A stretch of DNA of 63,477 nucleotides, counting the filler, from Intoshia linei (lineage: Eukaryota > Animalia > Orthonectida), in NCBI GenBank assembly GCA_001642005.1. It is 8 parts of 8 records of this genome, joined end to end, with 100 filler letters (N's around TTAATTAATTAA, not from the genome) between each part and the next. Parts side by side here need not be neighbours in the genome. Positions count along the whole stretch, not along the records: positions 1 to 21,966 come from LWCA01000644.1; positions 22,067 to 26,488 come from LWCA01001931.1; positions 26,589 to 37,228 come from LWCA01001256.1; 5 more parts are not named here. One strand, 5' to 3'. Below are positions 14,301 to 27,919 of the stretch, in pieces. How positions within the stretch are numbered: the first letter of the stretch is position 1; the number at the start of each line of letters is the position of its first letter. The notes under the pieces were generated by a model. The model saw nothing but the letters and a program-made list of their open reading frames with translations, was not told the DNA's origin and ran no database searches. Both the position numbers and the translations under genes were made by a program.

Positions 14301-16885
14301 TTAATATCCCGGTTCAAATAGTGTACCCCATTTCAAAATATTTATTTTTTTGGGCCCCAAGGGAAACATGAAATATAAAATATTGATGAAAAAATTTTAA
14401 TTTGTTATCATACATTTGTAACATTTAGTAAAATCTTGTTTTTCAAAATAATATTGGAAAAAGAGGATATTTCCCTTATGCTTTTTTAATATTAGAGTTT
14501 TATTTTGGGGTTGGAATGAAAGGTTTTTTATAATAATATAATAATAAAATCAAAGTTATAAGGTTTCATAGAATCGGATTTTTCATAAAAATATCGTTAA
14601 AAGTACATTTTTCCTTAGAGCTTGAAATGTTATTTTTGATTAAATTTTATTAATGGTGGGATAAAAGTGAGATTTTTAAAATAATAATGTAGCGGTCTTC
14701 TAGGCTTTGGGATAATCAATATCTAGAAACTCTGTAATAAATATTAAAAATTATCTTATAAAAATAAACAAAAATGGATTAAAATTTTTCTATATTTTAT
14801 TTGAATCTGACGGACCATTTTAATTATCTGCTAGAAATTGTTACTGAAAAATAAATATAAATTTTATTTAACATAATATTGTTTTATTGTCATTTCCATG
14901 GATTTAGTGTATTGGGTTTGTTTATCATATTCAATATACCTTTTGTTTTCTTAAATATATTTATAACCGATTCACTTTGGATTTTAAGGACTGTTGAATT
15001 TCTTATAAATTACCCATAAACCATTGTATTATTAATATTTAATTATAATATATAATATATTATATATTTACTATTCTGATTGCCTTTTACGATTATTTCG
15101 TATTATGTGAGGGTTAGATGTATTAGATTGAAATTTTTGGTTTTCATTATTTTTTAATAGTATTGAATCAGTTTTTGCATCACATTGGATCAAATCATTC
15201 AGATTATCACTTTCTTCTTTTTCCTGTTTTACACATTCTAGTAATTTAGCATTTAATTGTACATCAATAGTGTCATATGTTTTTATTTCTTTTCGTATAT
15301 TGACGATATTATTCTATACAAAATTAATCATGATAAAAAATTGAGTATTCTTTAAGATAAAATATCTCAAATAAATCTTGATTCCGCTTATGAACCGAAA
15401 TAAATAACCTCAAATATCACATTTCAAAATTTTGATTATAGTCTTGTTAAATTCTGTATATTTAATAATTATTATTATTTTACGATAGGTATTTATATCG
15501 TATGATTATTGATAACTACAATTAAACAATTCAAGGTAAAAGAAGTACTAATTTAATACTCAAAGATCATTTACTTATGATTTAATATGTGGACTGGCAA
15601 AATTTTTGTTCATAACAATGTGGTAGTTTGAGACACAAGATATATAACCCCTGATTTAAAATATTATCAAAGTATCATGCCTAAAACGGCTTTAAATCAA
15701 CAGTTTTCCTAAACTGTGTACTACACATTATGTAGTCCACAATAACGATAAGATACATTAAAATGATTATAATCAATAATAATTATCATGATTAGTAAAA
15801 CACTACTAGTAAGTACAATCAATAAATCTTTCCTTTATTAGTTACATATTATTTAACCAGTACAAATGAATATATACCGTTACAAATTTACTTAAAAATT
15901 GTCGAATTGGATAACTGTTTTGTTCTTCCAAGATTAGTATTAATTCTCCAATATTTATTGTATCGTTCTATGATAGAATTATAATTTAAATATCGAAAAA
16001 TTGTAGATATGTTAGCAATGCATTGCAATGGTACTACAGTATAAATTTTGGAAATTCTAACAAGTATGGGAACATTAGAGCATTAAAATGTATGACTATG
16101 CATTAAATCTAATTGCATAGAGAGTGCAAAATTAAATTCAGAATATACAAATTTTTCACAACTATTTTTTTGACATTTCATTTTTTTCACTGTTTTACTG
16201 TTCAAATGTTCATTAATGTTAAATGTTACTTTTGTATTCATATTTAGGTAAAATCAACATTTTATTTTCACTATAACGTATACAATTTCTAAAATTCATG
16301 CTATTATGACGATTTTTTAGGATTGTAAATAATTGGATTGTGTTATAAATTATATTATAAATTCATTTTTTATAATCAATTAAAAAAACAGTCTTAAATT
16401 TAAAAAGTAGTCTCTCAGCAGAGTTGGCTGCTAATTGTATAAAATACATAAAAGTCAAGTTAGTTAGTTAGCATGATATAATAAATGAAATAAAAAATTT
16501 TTGTCAAAATTTGAAAGTATCTCGCGCTATAATTATAATATTGGTCAATTAAATATTAAATGAAAACTCTTCATTGTTAATTGTACCACTAAAATGAGAA
16601 ATTTTTAAATTTAATGACAAATAGTAAATACCATTAATTTGACCAATAAATGTTCAATTTTTCTTTTATACTCAATGGATTGATTTTTGGCAATTTCCAA
16701 TAAATGACACAGTAAAAACTTTACTTTACTCTGTTGTCTTCCTCCTAATTAATATTTTAGAAATCAATTAAAAATACGTAATAAAATTATTTAAACGTGT
16801 TTAATTTGAGAGAATTACCATATATTGGCGGCATTTTCGTCAATCCCATTTTTTCTCCAAATTTATTGGAAGCGTTTTTTTCCAT
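11302..16885 (-). CDS. Nervy/ETO (RUNX1T1/CBFA2T family) corepressor with TAFH (NHR1) and MYND (NHR4) domains
   Basis: ATG at 16885. Spliced 5' exons give MPPIYGGRQQSKVKFLLCHLLEIAKNQSIEYKRKIEHLLVKLM|NDTINIGELILILEEQNSYPIRQFL|KNNIVNIRKEI, aligning with the ETO TAFH domain (LPPACGARQLSKLKRFL...FPLRPF..FLKANLPLLQREL). The last exon has MYND finger CWNCGRQSSEYCGKCNVAKYCGIFCKTKNWAVHSEYC. Middle exons (~14800-12850) are only partly resolved. Confidence 0.85.
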
Positions 16886-17499
16886 TAATTAATAATTAAA
16901 ATTAAATGATGAATATAAACTACGAAATTGTAACTTTTAAGTAAATTTCTATTATTTTATAATAAACTGTGTTGTATTTCAAATAACGACGAAATTTTTG
17001 TACTAATTTGTAAGGGTAGTGTTTGATTTTAAACCACATTGTATATTTTGTTAAATATTTGGCTTATAATTTATAAATTTATTGATAACATATTTTTAAT
17101 TACCTAAGGCCAATCTAATGTGTAAATTTTGATAAATAATCAATTGAATGACCCGGGGTCATAACAATTTTTTAATTGATTAGACTTGTTGTAATCATTT
17201 AAATTTACATGCATAAATGGTTTAATATGGTTAATAATGTAGGTTGATCAATCCATATACTGTATATTATACAGTTGATGTAGATTTATATTTCTTAACT
17301 CTTTTGGGTCATGACACACTGACTAGACATTAAAACATACACCAGAAATAAATATTTTTAATATATAGCTTTACCTCAAAATAAATTTAAATTTGATTCT
17401 ATTTACAATTAAATCATATTTTATGATTTTGAGTTATATTTTTTGTTAAATACAATTCTCTAAACAATCTATCATCCACATATTCAACCATTTTTATAC

Positions 17500-17970
17500 A
17501 CTAACTTTTACTCAGATACTTATACAGATATATTTTAAACAATTTCCCGAATATACTATACATATTATACTAGAGATACTTATGTAATGCTTATGATTTT
17601 AAAAATTATCCCAGACTTTATGTTATATAAAATTTTAAGATTTTTTTTATTTTTAAAACAAAGGGTTATTTGTAGTTTTGATAATAAAGATGTACCTTTC
17701 TGAGACTGAGATTTACGAAAATGTTAATGATTTGAAAACGCGTCTCAGATTTATGTTTTTTTAAATTTTTGCGCTGAGTTTATTTTAAAAAAAAAAAAAA
17801 AAGGGGTAATTGCTTTTTTCACCCTAAAGTACTTAATTTTGGGAAATGATTAATAAATATCAACATTCCCACATGCAAAACTGTAATAGAAATTGAGTTT
17901 TTTAATTCTACGACTGTTAATTTTTTAAATAAACGGTAACACAGACATTCAATTTTATGTAAGTAAAGAA
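17500..17970 (-). mobile_element. Helitron-family 5' fragment
   Basis: Ends on + with ...AAACGGTAACACAGACATTCAATTTTATGTAAGTAAAGA, the reverse complement of the family 5' end seen at 1079. Confidence 0.6.
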
Positions 17971-18618
17971 TTGATGAAATTGTTAAAATAAATTTCGAAT
18001 CAAATTAATTTAAATTGTACAATGTACATTTATTTATTAAAATTTAAACATTTTCTCAGAACAACATTACTAATACATTAACCACATTATTAATTTTCGT
18101 GATGAATATTAAATTACAATAATATATTGAACATTTTACCTTTTACTTGTTATTATCTCAGGAGAAGAAAGATTAACTAATTTAAACACAAACATTTGAA
18201 TAATACACTTATTGTTTAAATCCATATATAATTTTGATTTATATCAACTTGATGTCTTTGTTATCAAAACTTTTTCCGTTCAGTTTGGTTGGAGTCATTA
18301 GCAGTGGTTACATTTTATTCAAGTAATTTATATTAGTGGAACGTTTCACATGGGCATGACAAAATAGTCATGGTAACATGGTTTTTCATCGAGTTAATCA
18401 AGTATGACTGTTACATCTAAGCCATCAGTCAATTCTGTAGTGTAATAATAACATTAGGTAAATAAACTTTTGAAAATGAGGTGACGCGACTTAAAAACGT
18501 TATTATCCCGATGGTTAAATAAACTAAGACTTGGATGATACCAGTTATATACAAATTGTGTCATTATTTTTATAATTTATTTTTAATTTTGTTTTTTAAT
18601 AATAAAAATTTTTTTTAG

Positions 18619-18737
18619 GTACCAAATAAATTCAAAAAGATATGAAGGTGATGGAAGGCTTGATGGCCAAAAAATAGTTGTTACTGGTGCTAATGGAGCA
18701 ATAGGAAGTGTTGTATCTAAAGAATTGGCTAGAAGAG
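18619..18737 (+). CDS. Exon of a short-chain dehydrogenase (RDH11-14-like); rest of gene not found
   Basis: AG/GT-bounded exon YQINSKRYEGDGRLDGQKIVVTGANGAIGSVVSKELARRG with the SDR TGxxxxIG NAD(P)-binding motif. Confidence 0.75.
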
Positions 18738-18789
18738 GTTAAATATTCAATAATAATGATGTTATTTTTCGCCCTGTATCGCCCTATTA

Positions 18790-19717
18790 CACTGTCCAAC
18801 ATTGCAAAAAGAAACTTAATGTAACATATTAAAATAATCAGTAAATTTTTGTGATTCTAACGATATACATATTTTTATAATTGAAGATCTAAAAATGGTG
18901 ATATTTTAATTAGTAATTTTATTATTCACAATGTTTTACATGTCAAATAAAGTTTTTATTACATCTTTCAATTAATTAAAGCGATGAGTTAATTTTATAA
19001 TTGCATTCTCACGAAACATTTAAACAAGATTTAAACCAAGAATTACAATGTCGAACACGTATACTACAAACTTACTGCGACCATCATAAATTTTTCCTAA
19101 TCTCAGCGACGCTAAATTAATGGCTGGTATACTAAATGGCCCACAAATTAGGAAACTATTAAAAGATGTACATTTTCGAATTATCCTTAAAACTGAACAA
19201 AAAGATGCGTTTAATGCTTTGGAAAATGTAATCTCATTTTTTCTTTGAAACAATCGATCTGAAAATTACAAGGATTTAATCGAACAGTTATTGATAAAAT
19301 ACCAAGAAATGAACTGCTTTTATAGCATAAAAATGCATTATCTAGAATATCATTTAGATTTCTTTGCGCTAAACTGCGGTATGTGGTCAGACAAAAAGGG
19401 TGAAAAATTTTATCAAACTATGATGTTATATGAAAGACGTTTTGGAAGATATAGATCATTAAATATGATTTGTGATTTTGTTTGGTGGTGTTCAATAAAA
19501 AATAAATTTTAATTTATCTAATTATTACTTTTTTTATTAAATATTTTTAATTGATACATTCTTATATCTTAATTTTTAAAATTTATGTTTATCACTTAAA
19601 TCCTTGATATTGAACAAGATTCATCTAGGGGTAACCCGAAAAAGTTGATTTTACGTGTAATGTAAGTAGTACATCCAGAAAANCTAAACTTTCAATATAA
19701 AAATTATTGTCTTAGTG
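18790..19717 (+). mobile_element. Chapaev-type (CMC) DNA transposon remnant with transposase C-terminus
   Basis: Starts CACTGTCCAACA and ends TTAGTG. Translation FPNLSDAKLMAGILNGPQIRKLLKD...SIKMHYLEYHLDFFALNCGMWSDKKGEKFYQ resembles the Chapaev3 motif SLKIHFLHSHLDFFPENLGAVSDEHGERFHQ. One in-frame stop. Confidence 0.7.
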
Positions 19718-20299
19718 GAAATTCATGAGGGCCAGTCCATATATACGATTACCAGTCATTGTTGATCTTAAAAAGGTTTTCAATCTTCTCGAAATGCTCA
19801 TGGAACGTTCACATGTGATTGACAATGTTGCCAAAATAATTAAAGGTTGATAAATATTTGGAAACAAATTAGAATTTTAGCTTTCGATTAATTGTATGAT
19901 AGTGGTCTTTAAATCAAGTTCTTTTTTTCCATTTAGTATATTCTGCTTTGAGATCTTCATCCAATGATATGCAGGTAAAAATAATTCATATTTTTCTGCG
20001 AATTCTTTCTAATCTTTTGCAAGAAGTATTTTTGGGTTAAAATTGTTTCTAAATAAATCTAAGTAATCGAACGTGACTAAATCGAGATATTACTGTATAA
20101 AATTATGGATTATAGATGTGAAATGCACATGGTGCATGTAACAAAAGGCCTAAAGTCACAGGATCAATTGTTCATATGATGTTATGCGCCATCTATATTG
20201 TTTTAATAAATTAAAACCTTTTTCAGTTATTTTACAAAACATTCATTAATGATTTTTCAAATTTAGGGGTGCAACTGCACCATCTTGAATCTGCCACTG
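19718..20299 (-). mobile_element. hAT (Tip100-like) deletion derivative with dimerisation-domain remnant
   Basis: Minus strand reads LFPNIYQPLIILATLSITCERSMSISRRLKTFLRSTMTGNRIYGLALMNFH. The end CAGTGGCAGATTCAAG...GCACCCC is shared with the copy at ~53350-53532. Confidence 0.7.
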
Positions 20300-20328
20300 T
20301 CGCATTATATCAAGTCTATAATCTATAA

Positions 20329-21439
20329 CAGCCATTCTCATGTGGGCCCCTTTGGGTTCACAGCACTTTTTTGGGGGTCTATGAAAATTATATACATTTA
20401 TTACATATTATAAACGTTTTAAAACATAAAGGCTCAGAAATACTAATATAAAACGTGAAAATCATGTAAAAGTAAATTCTTTGGTATTAAATTAAATTAC
20501 AAGTGTAAAAACTTATTGGCAAACCTCCATTATTCTATTTCACTGTCCAACATTGCAAAAAGAAACTTAATTTAACATATATTAAAATAATCAGCTAATT
20601 TTTGTGATTCTAACGATATACATATTTTTATAATTGAAGATCAAAAAAAGGTGATATTTTATTATTCTATTAAATTTTTACCCACAAAAAACATAGTGAC
20701 ATGTTTTACATTTATATGAAAGACGTTTTGAAAGATGTACATCATTAAATATGATTTGTGATTTTGTTTGATGGTGTTCAATAAAAAATAAATTTTAAAT
20801 TTATCTAATTATTACTTTTTTTATGAAATATTTTTAATTGATACCTTCTTATATCTTAATTTTTGAAATTTATGTCTATCACTTAAATTCTTGATATTGA
20901 ACAAGATTCATCTAGGGGTAACCCGAAAAAGTTGATTTTACGTGTAATGTAAGTAGTAAACACTTAAGTAAGTAGTAAAGTGTTATGATTTTTCTTTTTT
21001 GTTTATATACATGTTATTGTCGCATAAGGGTTAATAACTTTTAAATTTATTATAATTCAATTAATCCAAATTTCAAGAATATATTAATTAAATATCAAAT
21101 ACTAAATCAAATTAATGTTAACGATTCTAATTTAAATTTAAAATTTTTTTTGAATCTGCGGCCCCTCAGACTCTGTAGGTCCCCCTGGTTTACACTGTAA
21201 ACAATACCTGAAAACATGTTCCATTTTAGGAACATTGACGGGTTAAAGGTTAATATTAATAGTTCATCAAGTTTATCACCTCGCAAAAATAGAGTATTCC
21301 ATGTCTTTTGACCATCATTCGTTTCACCCAAAGTAATGATTCATTAAAAATTGTCATTATTATTAATAATTTTGGGGTCCACAGGTTTTATGTAATATCA
21401 TCTTAGGGGTTCACAGCGAAAAAAAGTTGCGAATGCCTG
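20329..21439. mobile_element. hAT MITE carrying a nested Chapaev deletion derivative (~20541-20960)
   Basis: 8-bp TSD ATCTATAA (20321-20328, 21440-21447). Ends CAGCCATTCTCA / TGCGAATGCCTG. The internal segment duplicates both ends of 18790-19670. Confidence 0.8.
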
Positions 21440-22251
21440 ATCTATAAGACTATTTTTGCAGCAATAGTAGTGTATTTAAAATCTGAATTTCAATTGATTC
21501 TTAATCTGAATTTCAATTTATTCTTAATCTGAATTGAATATCAATTGCGACATATCAAGACAATGATTGTTAACCTGAATTGAGACCCTATTTAATATAA
21601 AAAACAAAATATTTAACTTATTTAATTTTTTTTTACTGATTCTTGATTTTTAATTAATAATTAACGAAATTTTAATTATTTTAAAAATTTTAAGTCAATT
21701 TTAATTAGCCTTACATACATTAATTTATATATGAAAAATATTCATAAAAATAATTTAATTTTTTACATAATAAATAGAGCAATTCAAATCGAAGATGCCC
21801 TGAAGTCTTTAATCACCAATACAGTGCCGGTCAAAAGTCTTGGACCCTCCAACAGAATTATAGATTTTGCTGGATAGCAAAAAAACTAGTAAATCGTTTT
21901 TAGAAATTTAATAACCATTATGTAAACAAATAAATATTCTATTGAAAAATATATCACTATTTTCACNNNNNNNNNNNNNNNNNNNNNNNNNNNNNNNNNN
22001 NNNNNNNNNNTTAATTAATTAANNNNNNNNNNNNNNNNNNNNNNNNNNNNNNNNNNNNNNNNNNNNACAGTAAATATTCGTAAAGATATAATGATTTATA
22101 ATAAAGTTACAATAAAAACATTACTTATGAAACGACCTAATACTTACTGTGTTACTATTGTTAAAATTCCATATTAACGGAATTACGGAATTTTCAATTC
22201 CGTTAATAAGGACTTAGATAGTATAATGAAAAATTATTTACAACACACATT

Positions 22252-22871
22252 ATCAACCCTTTTTCGCTGTGGACCCTTAAGATGATATTACAAAAAACCT
22301 GTTGACCCAAAAAAATTAATAATAATGACAATTTTTAATGAATCATTATATTTGTGTGAAAGAAATGATGGTCAAAAAACATGGAGTACTCTATTTTTGC
22401 GAGATGATAAACTTGATAAACTATTAATATTAACCTTTAACCCGTCAAGTTCCCAAAATGGAACATGTTTTTCAGGTATTGTTTACAGTACATTATTAAT
22501 TGTTTACTACATATTTCATCAGATCAATAAAAAGTCTATATTATCTATTTTCCCTGTAAAAAATTAATATTTTATATCCCTTGGTTGATGTTTCATAGAA
22601 TCATGAATATTGACTGATTTTTTGTCCCATTTTCAGTTTAAAATTTAAAGCTTTTTTTATTAATCATCAATAAGCTTTTACACTTGTAAGTAATTTAATT
22701 TAATACCAAAGAATTTACTTTTACATGATTTTCACGTTTTATATTAGTATTTCGGAGCCTTTATGTTTTAAAAACAATTTTATGTTATTGAAAATGTCTA
22801 TAATATTTAATAAATGTATATAATTTTCATGGACCCAAAAAAAGTGCTATGGACCCCGTTGAGAATGTCTG
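22252..22871 (-). mobile_element. Inverted second copy of the hAT MITE at 20329-21439, without the nested insert
   Basis: Long reverse-complement identity to 21195-21430 and 20350-20518. Ends GTTGAGAATGTCTG. Confidence 0.75.
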
Positions 22872-22999
22872 ACTTACAATACAGTGGATATAAAAGTTAA
22901 TTTGAATAATAATAAAACGATGCATGTTTTTTGGAATATTATTAACATGAATAAATTACAATTAGAAAAATTAAATATTTATAAAGTTAAATTATTTAG

Positions 23000-24897
23000 C
23001 AAGTCAAAGCTGTCAAAACATAATAGATGAAGAACCATGCAATGGAGCCACCGTCAACAAAATTGCCTGTTTTTACGATAAAAAAAATAAAATATGTCGA
23101 AAACCAAGTAATAAATTATTTATGCCCTGTGGATGAGCCGGTTTGTAATATACGGTAGTAAAATCTTTTAAATTACTTTTAGCAATTTATAAAATTAATT
23201 TTTTAAATCGTATATAATTAATTCGGCTTTGAAAGAGTTAATATTGAATATATTTTTTTTGGAGATAAAATTAGAAAAGTTTGCCCTCGACAGAGATAGC
23301 TACTGTTTGTAGATTTTAGGACTTATTTTTTTAAATAACGCTAGCACACATTTGATTGCTATTAATTTTCAATTTTTTTAGAGAAAATTTTTTATATCAT
23401 ATTATAAAGAGGTTTTAGGGAAATCTATTTGTCGTAAAAATTTAAGGAGGATTTTGTGGGATTGTTTTTGTACTCAAATTTTTAATGTTTCAATAATAAT
23501 GGTCCTAGAATTTAAAAATAAAAAGATGTCTTGACACGTTAAGGAATAGTTAGGATTTAGAAAGGTTGAGGTTTGGGAAAAAATACTTTGGAATTAATAA
23601 ATATTGCCATTTTTATGTAAGATTTTATTTTTTGGTAAAATTAAAAAAGTCCACCCTCGGCATAGCTAGGTGCTTTTTGTACAAAGTACAAAACAGCCAA
23701 GCTAGAATACTATGAAAATGAATACATTTTAATGCACTTAATCTTAATTGTTTGTAATCTTAATCTAAGTTATTACATCGTTGTATTAAGAGGAACTAGC
23801 TTTAAAAATGATAAATTGATGAAAAATAAAATTAACATTACAGTCAAATGTATAATGTATGTGTTTAGATATTTCTGAATATTGTGGTTCCATGAATGTT
23901 AGGTTTTGTTCAGCTCTAAGTGACTGCTTTTGGAATACAATCAGTTGCGTACAACAACATCAGAATAGTGGTATGATCAAAATTTATTAATCCAAGTATT
24001 ATTATGATTAATTATGCATTATAATAATTAACTACTGTTAAATTTAATCATGATGTTAATCTATAACATAATTATTAACGACGGGCGATTTTTCTATTTT
24101 ATTACACAAAATACATAATTTAAAAAATTTTTTTTACAAATAATTTCTAAAAAGAGTTAATATATAATACATTTGTCAAAATCCAAATATTAATACAAAT
24201 TTTTAAGAGAATTATTGATTATATGGGTCCATTCTTTAAAAAATTGAGTAACAGTAACAACATTTTTATTAATTATGGAGGGGACGATTTTAAAAAAAGT
24301 TTTAGAACCCACTAATTTACAATATGATTTAATCTTTGATTAAATAATTGAATAATTAATTACTAAATAGTACATTGATGCGTCTCAATACCGATATTAT
24401 AATATCATTATTTTACTATATAACTGCCTATTCATACACAGTAACCGTACCGTGATTTATTGGCTATAACGTTATACTTTAAATACCGCAATAAATATTT
24501 AAATATTAAATTTACGGTATGGAAAGGCCTGACTGTACTAAGTTTTTAAACATAGAAAACTGTTATTACTATTACAACAATTTCAATCGAATATGTACAA
24601 CTCTCGGGTTTGCTGGAATATTTTGCGACTATAATAATGGTAACTGTTATAAAGATATCAAATATAGTTCTAATGTTCCATCTAAAAAAATGAATACTGT
24701 AACTTCCACACGTTATTATCTAAATCAAGAATCAACCAAGGGTAAACCAAAATATATAACATAAATTACAACTTTTAATTAATTAATTAATTTTTTAGCA
24801 TTTAATCATAATGAAAATTGCTATTTGATTAATGAATCTCTTTGCAACAGAATTTTTTCTTGTAAATGGGAAAATGCAGTTTGTATCCAATTCAAAG
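23000..24897 (+). CDS. Putative multi-exon cysteine-repeat protein of unknown family
   Basis: Four AG/GT-bounded segments each carry a Cys module: SCQNIIDEEPCNGATVNKIACFYDKKNKICR, YCGSMNVRFCSALSDCFWNTISCV, DCTKFLNIENC...ICTTLGFAGIFCDYNNGNCY and NCYLINESLCNRIFSCKWENAVCI. Start and stop not resolved. Confidence 0.55.
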
Positions 24898-25537
24898 GTA
24901 AATATTGAATTAATTTACATTAAATTATTAACTAAAGTAAACTTAATTATTCACAATGTTAAATATCGGTATAAATTGAATAAACCTAAAATATTGATGA
25001 TAATTTTTTTAACGTGTTTCATGATTTAAATATTTATTTTGACTATATTATTAACTAAATAAACAGTCATGAAAAACTGGAACCTAAAAACATAAAATGT
25101 AGGGTCACTAGAATGGAAATACTACATATAATGTAGATATTTAGAATACATGTTTACAAAAAAAAAATTACATTGATGCCATAGGGCCATTTTGATGTTA
25201 AATTTAGATCAAATGAAAGAACCCTGTATGGATTTTATATATTATTTACGACAAGAATGCATTAAGGATAAATACAATAATCCGTGCAAAGTCGTAAATT
25301 TTCTGTGCGATTCGGATTTGGATTATACAAGTATTAATATAATATAAAGGGTGTCTAGTGGCCACTTCCAACTATCATGAATAAAATTTTGATTTTTTAA
25401 AAACATCGGAGCCATTAAGTATTTATAAATAAAATTTAATCTCAGCATTTCTCAAAATGTTCGACCTCGGCACATTAACAATATACAATATATATTTTTA
25501 TTATATATGTACTATTATTATAATTATTATTATATTA

Positions 25538-26354
25538 ATAGCTGACTGTTTTGTATTTCGTACAAACAGCACCTAGCTCTGTCGACGGCGGACTTTTATA
25601 CTCATATCAAAAAATAAAACTTTACATAATAATGGCACTATTCACTATAACCAATCTTTTAAAATTTAAATAATGGTTCCTAAACATTTCAGGACATTTT
25701 TTTATATTTTAATTCTAGGACCATTAATTATATCACATTTTTTGTTTTACAATGTTAATTAAGTAATTTCTAAAAAAAAGGTTAACAGTAATTTGCTTTT
25801 TTCAACTTGAAGGTTTAACTTAAATTTTAAACTTTTTTTATATATTATAACTGAAAAAGCAATATTAAATGTAATGTTTTTTTAAATTCTAGGACTGGTT
25901 TTTTTAAAAAATTTCCTTAAAAACCCTCTTTAAAATCGAGGAAAAAAGTTTTCCTGATAAGTATTTTGAAAATCAGGGCAAAAAATCCCGTGTGTTAACT
26001 GGAAATAACTGTATACACTTTAATTTTCTTTAAAATTCTAGGACTATTTTCATTTTTTTAAAAAAGGATAATTTGGGATTTTTGTCCTGAAGATATTTTT
26101 TTAAATTTAAATTTATGATACTATTTATGATTTTATAATCTGGATCAGAGTGCATATTTTTTTAAATTCTAGAAGTCGTTTGATTTTCAAAAAAAAAGAT
26201 AATTGGTGTTTTGATCGGTAAAATGTGAGTTTCTGAAATTGAAAATTAATCTTCCTTTTACGCCGAGTAAAAACTATAATAGAAATGTGGAATTTTTAAA
26301 ATTAACACCTACAGTCACAGACAGAAAAACAAAAGGGTTGTATATAAGTTAGGA
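25538..26354 (-). mobile_element. Non-autonomous Helitron copy (diverged subfamily)
   Basis: 5' end A^TCCTAACTTATATA at 26354. 3' hairpin CTGTTTGTAC-GAA-ATACAAAACAG near 25545-25569. Confidence 0.7.
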
Positions 26355-26924
26355 TTACAATTTGGCTTCACACGACTAGTGATTGTGATTTACCGGTAAA
26401 AATAAAAAATTTTTATTCACATATAATATAGAAACATTAAAAATTTTAAAGACCTTAATTAATTTTAGAAACAAAAAGAAATTTAATTNNNNNNNNNNNN
26501 NNNNNNNNNNNNNNNNNNNNNNNNNNNNNNNNTTAATTAATTAANNNNNNNNNNNNNNNNNNNNNNNNNNNNNNNNNNNNNNNNNNNNAACATTTTTTAG
26601 TGTTTGGCAAATATATACCACATGAAAAGCAATAATATGTTTAGTTTATTTCGTAGACATGATTTTTAACATTAATAAATATTTAAACTTGAAAAACTTC
26701 ACCTTTTTTAAAGTAATCATTATTTTGAATGATATAATTGGTCAATTTTAGAATTGAAGTGAAACTTTGTTATATTTTTTAAAACATTAAAAGTGTTAAT
26801 AAATGGGTTATATGAACTAAAACTTATAAATATATCATTAAAATCAGCGCTAGATTATCCACAAGATGGTATTATTTTTATGCAGATGTATTTTTCAGTG
26901 TTGTCTAGTGTAATATATTAAAAA

Positions 26925-27825
26925 TTATTTTTCACCCGGAATACGTAGATTTCAGGGGTTGACATTTTGTATTTATATCAACTGGAATAAGCTCTATGAT
27001 TATTAATTATTGCACATTTTTTGTTTTAATAAAATATTTCGAAAAAAAATATATGAAAACTAAAATGCTTTTTGACCATGAAGGCATCACTTATTCAGAT
27101 TGAAATTTTTTGTGTGTGTTAACAGGATACAACTGTACCTGTAAATTTTTTTAAATCATAGGGCTGTGTTCATAATAAAAAGAAAGGGTAATTTATGGTT
27201 TTAGTCCTGAAGATATATTTTTTTCAAATTTAAATTGATAGTAATATTTATGATTTTAAAATCCGTATCAGAGTATTATTTTTTTAATTTCTTGAACTCG
27301 TTTGATTTTCAAAAAAAAGACAATTGGGCTTTTTGACCCATAAGATGTGAGTTTGGGAGGTTGAAATATATTTTGCTGACACCCCCGGAAAAAACTGTAA
27401 TTGAAATGTGGTCTTTAAAAAATTCTAAGAGTGCTAGTTATTTTAATAAAGTAGGACACACAGACACACAAACAAAAATCGCGTTGCCTTTTATATAAGT
27501 TAGGACTACATTTGTATGTATGTACACATGTATTGTATTTTAATAGAAATATATATATTTTGTTGTTACAGTAGTTTAATTTTAATTTAATGTCTTTAAT
27601 GTTCAATTTTGAAAAATGAGACATCCATTTTACAAAAATTTCGACACGCCCTCCCGGAAGGAGTCTTTGTATTTTTGACCCTGAAGGACTCAATTTCATA
27701 AAATTAAACTTACATATAAACATCACCTGCGAAAAACTGTATTTGAAATTGGGTTTTGTTAAATTCTAAGACTTAATTTTTTAAATAAACGGTAACAAAC
27801 ACATTCAATTTATACAAGTAAAGGA
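26925..27825 (-). mobile_element. Two tandem 5' Helitron fragments just downstream of the last SAM synthetase exon
   Basis: Family 5' ends at ~27505 (TATATAAGTTAGGA on +) and ~27825 (TATACAAGTAAAGGA on +), plus shared internal modules. Confidence 0.65.
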
Positions 27826-27919
27826 AAAGGTGACCGGTAGCGCTGAAAAAAGTGTAGGACCTTTGCATGATAAATATTTTACACTCTGCAAAATTAATAT
27901 ATCTACAATATAAGTTTAC

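Noticed and set aside
16545-16592. Intronic SGTINNEEF resembling a duplicate TAFH exon
   Set aside because: The acceptor gives the wrong phase and stops follow. The exon at ~15967-15892 fits properly.
21480-21535. 23-bp tandem repeat AATCTGAATTTCAATT(G/T)ATTCTT, about 2.5 copies
   Set aside because: An ordinary short local duplication.
21967-22066. TTAATTAATTAA centred in N-runs, repeated at seven loci
   Set aside because: It is identical in every gap and puts stops in all six frames, so it is an artificial scaffolding linker.
21107-22567. Two similar ORFs (NDGQKTW.TLFLR.DKLD) suggesting a duplicated gene
   Set aside because: Both lie inside the two copies of the hAT MITE and are incidental frames.
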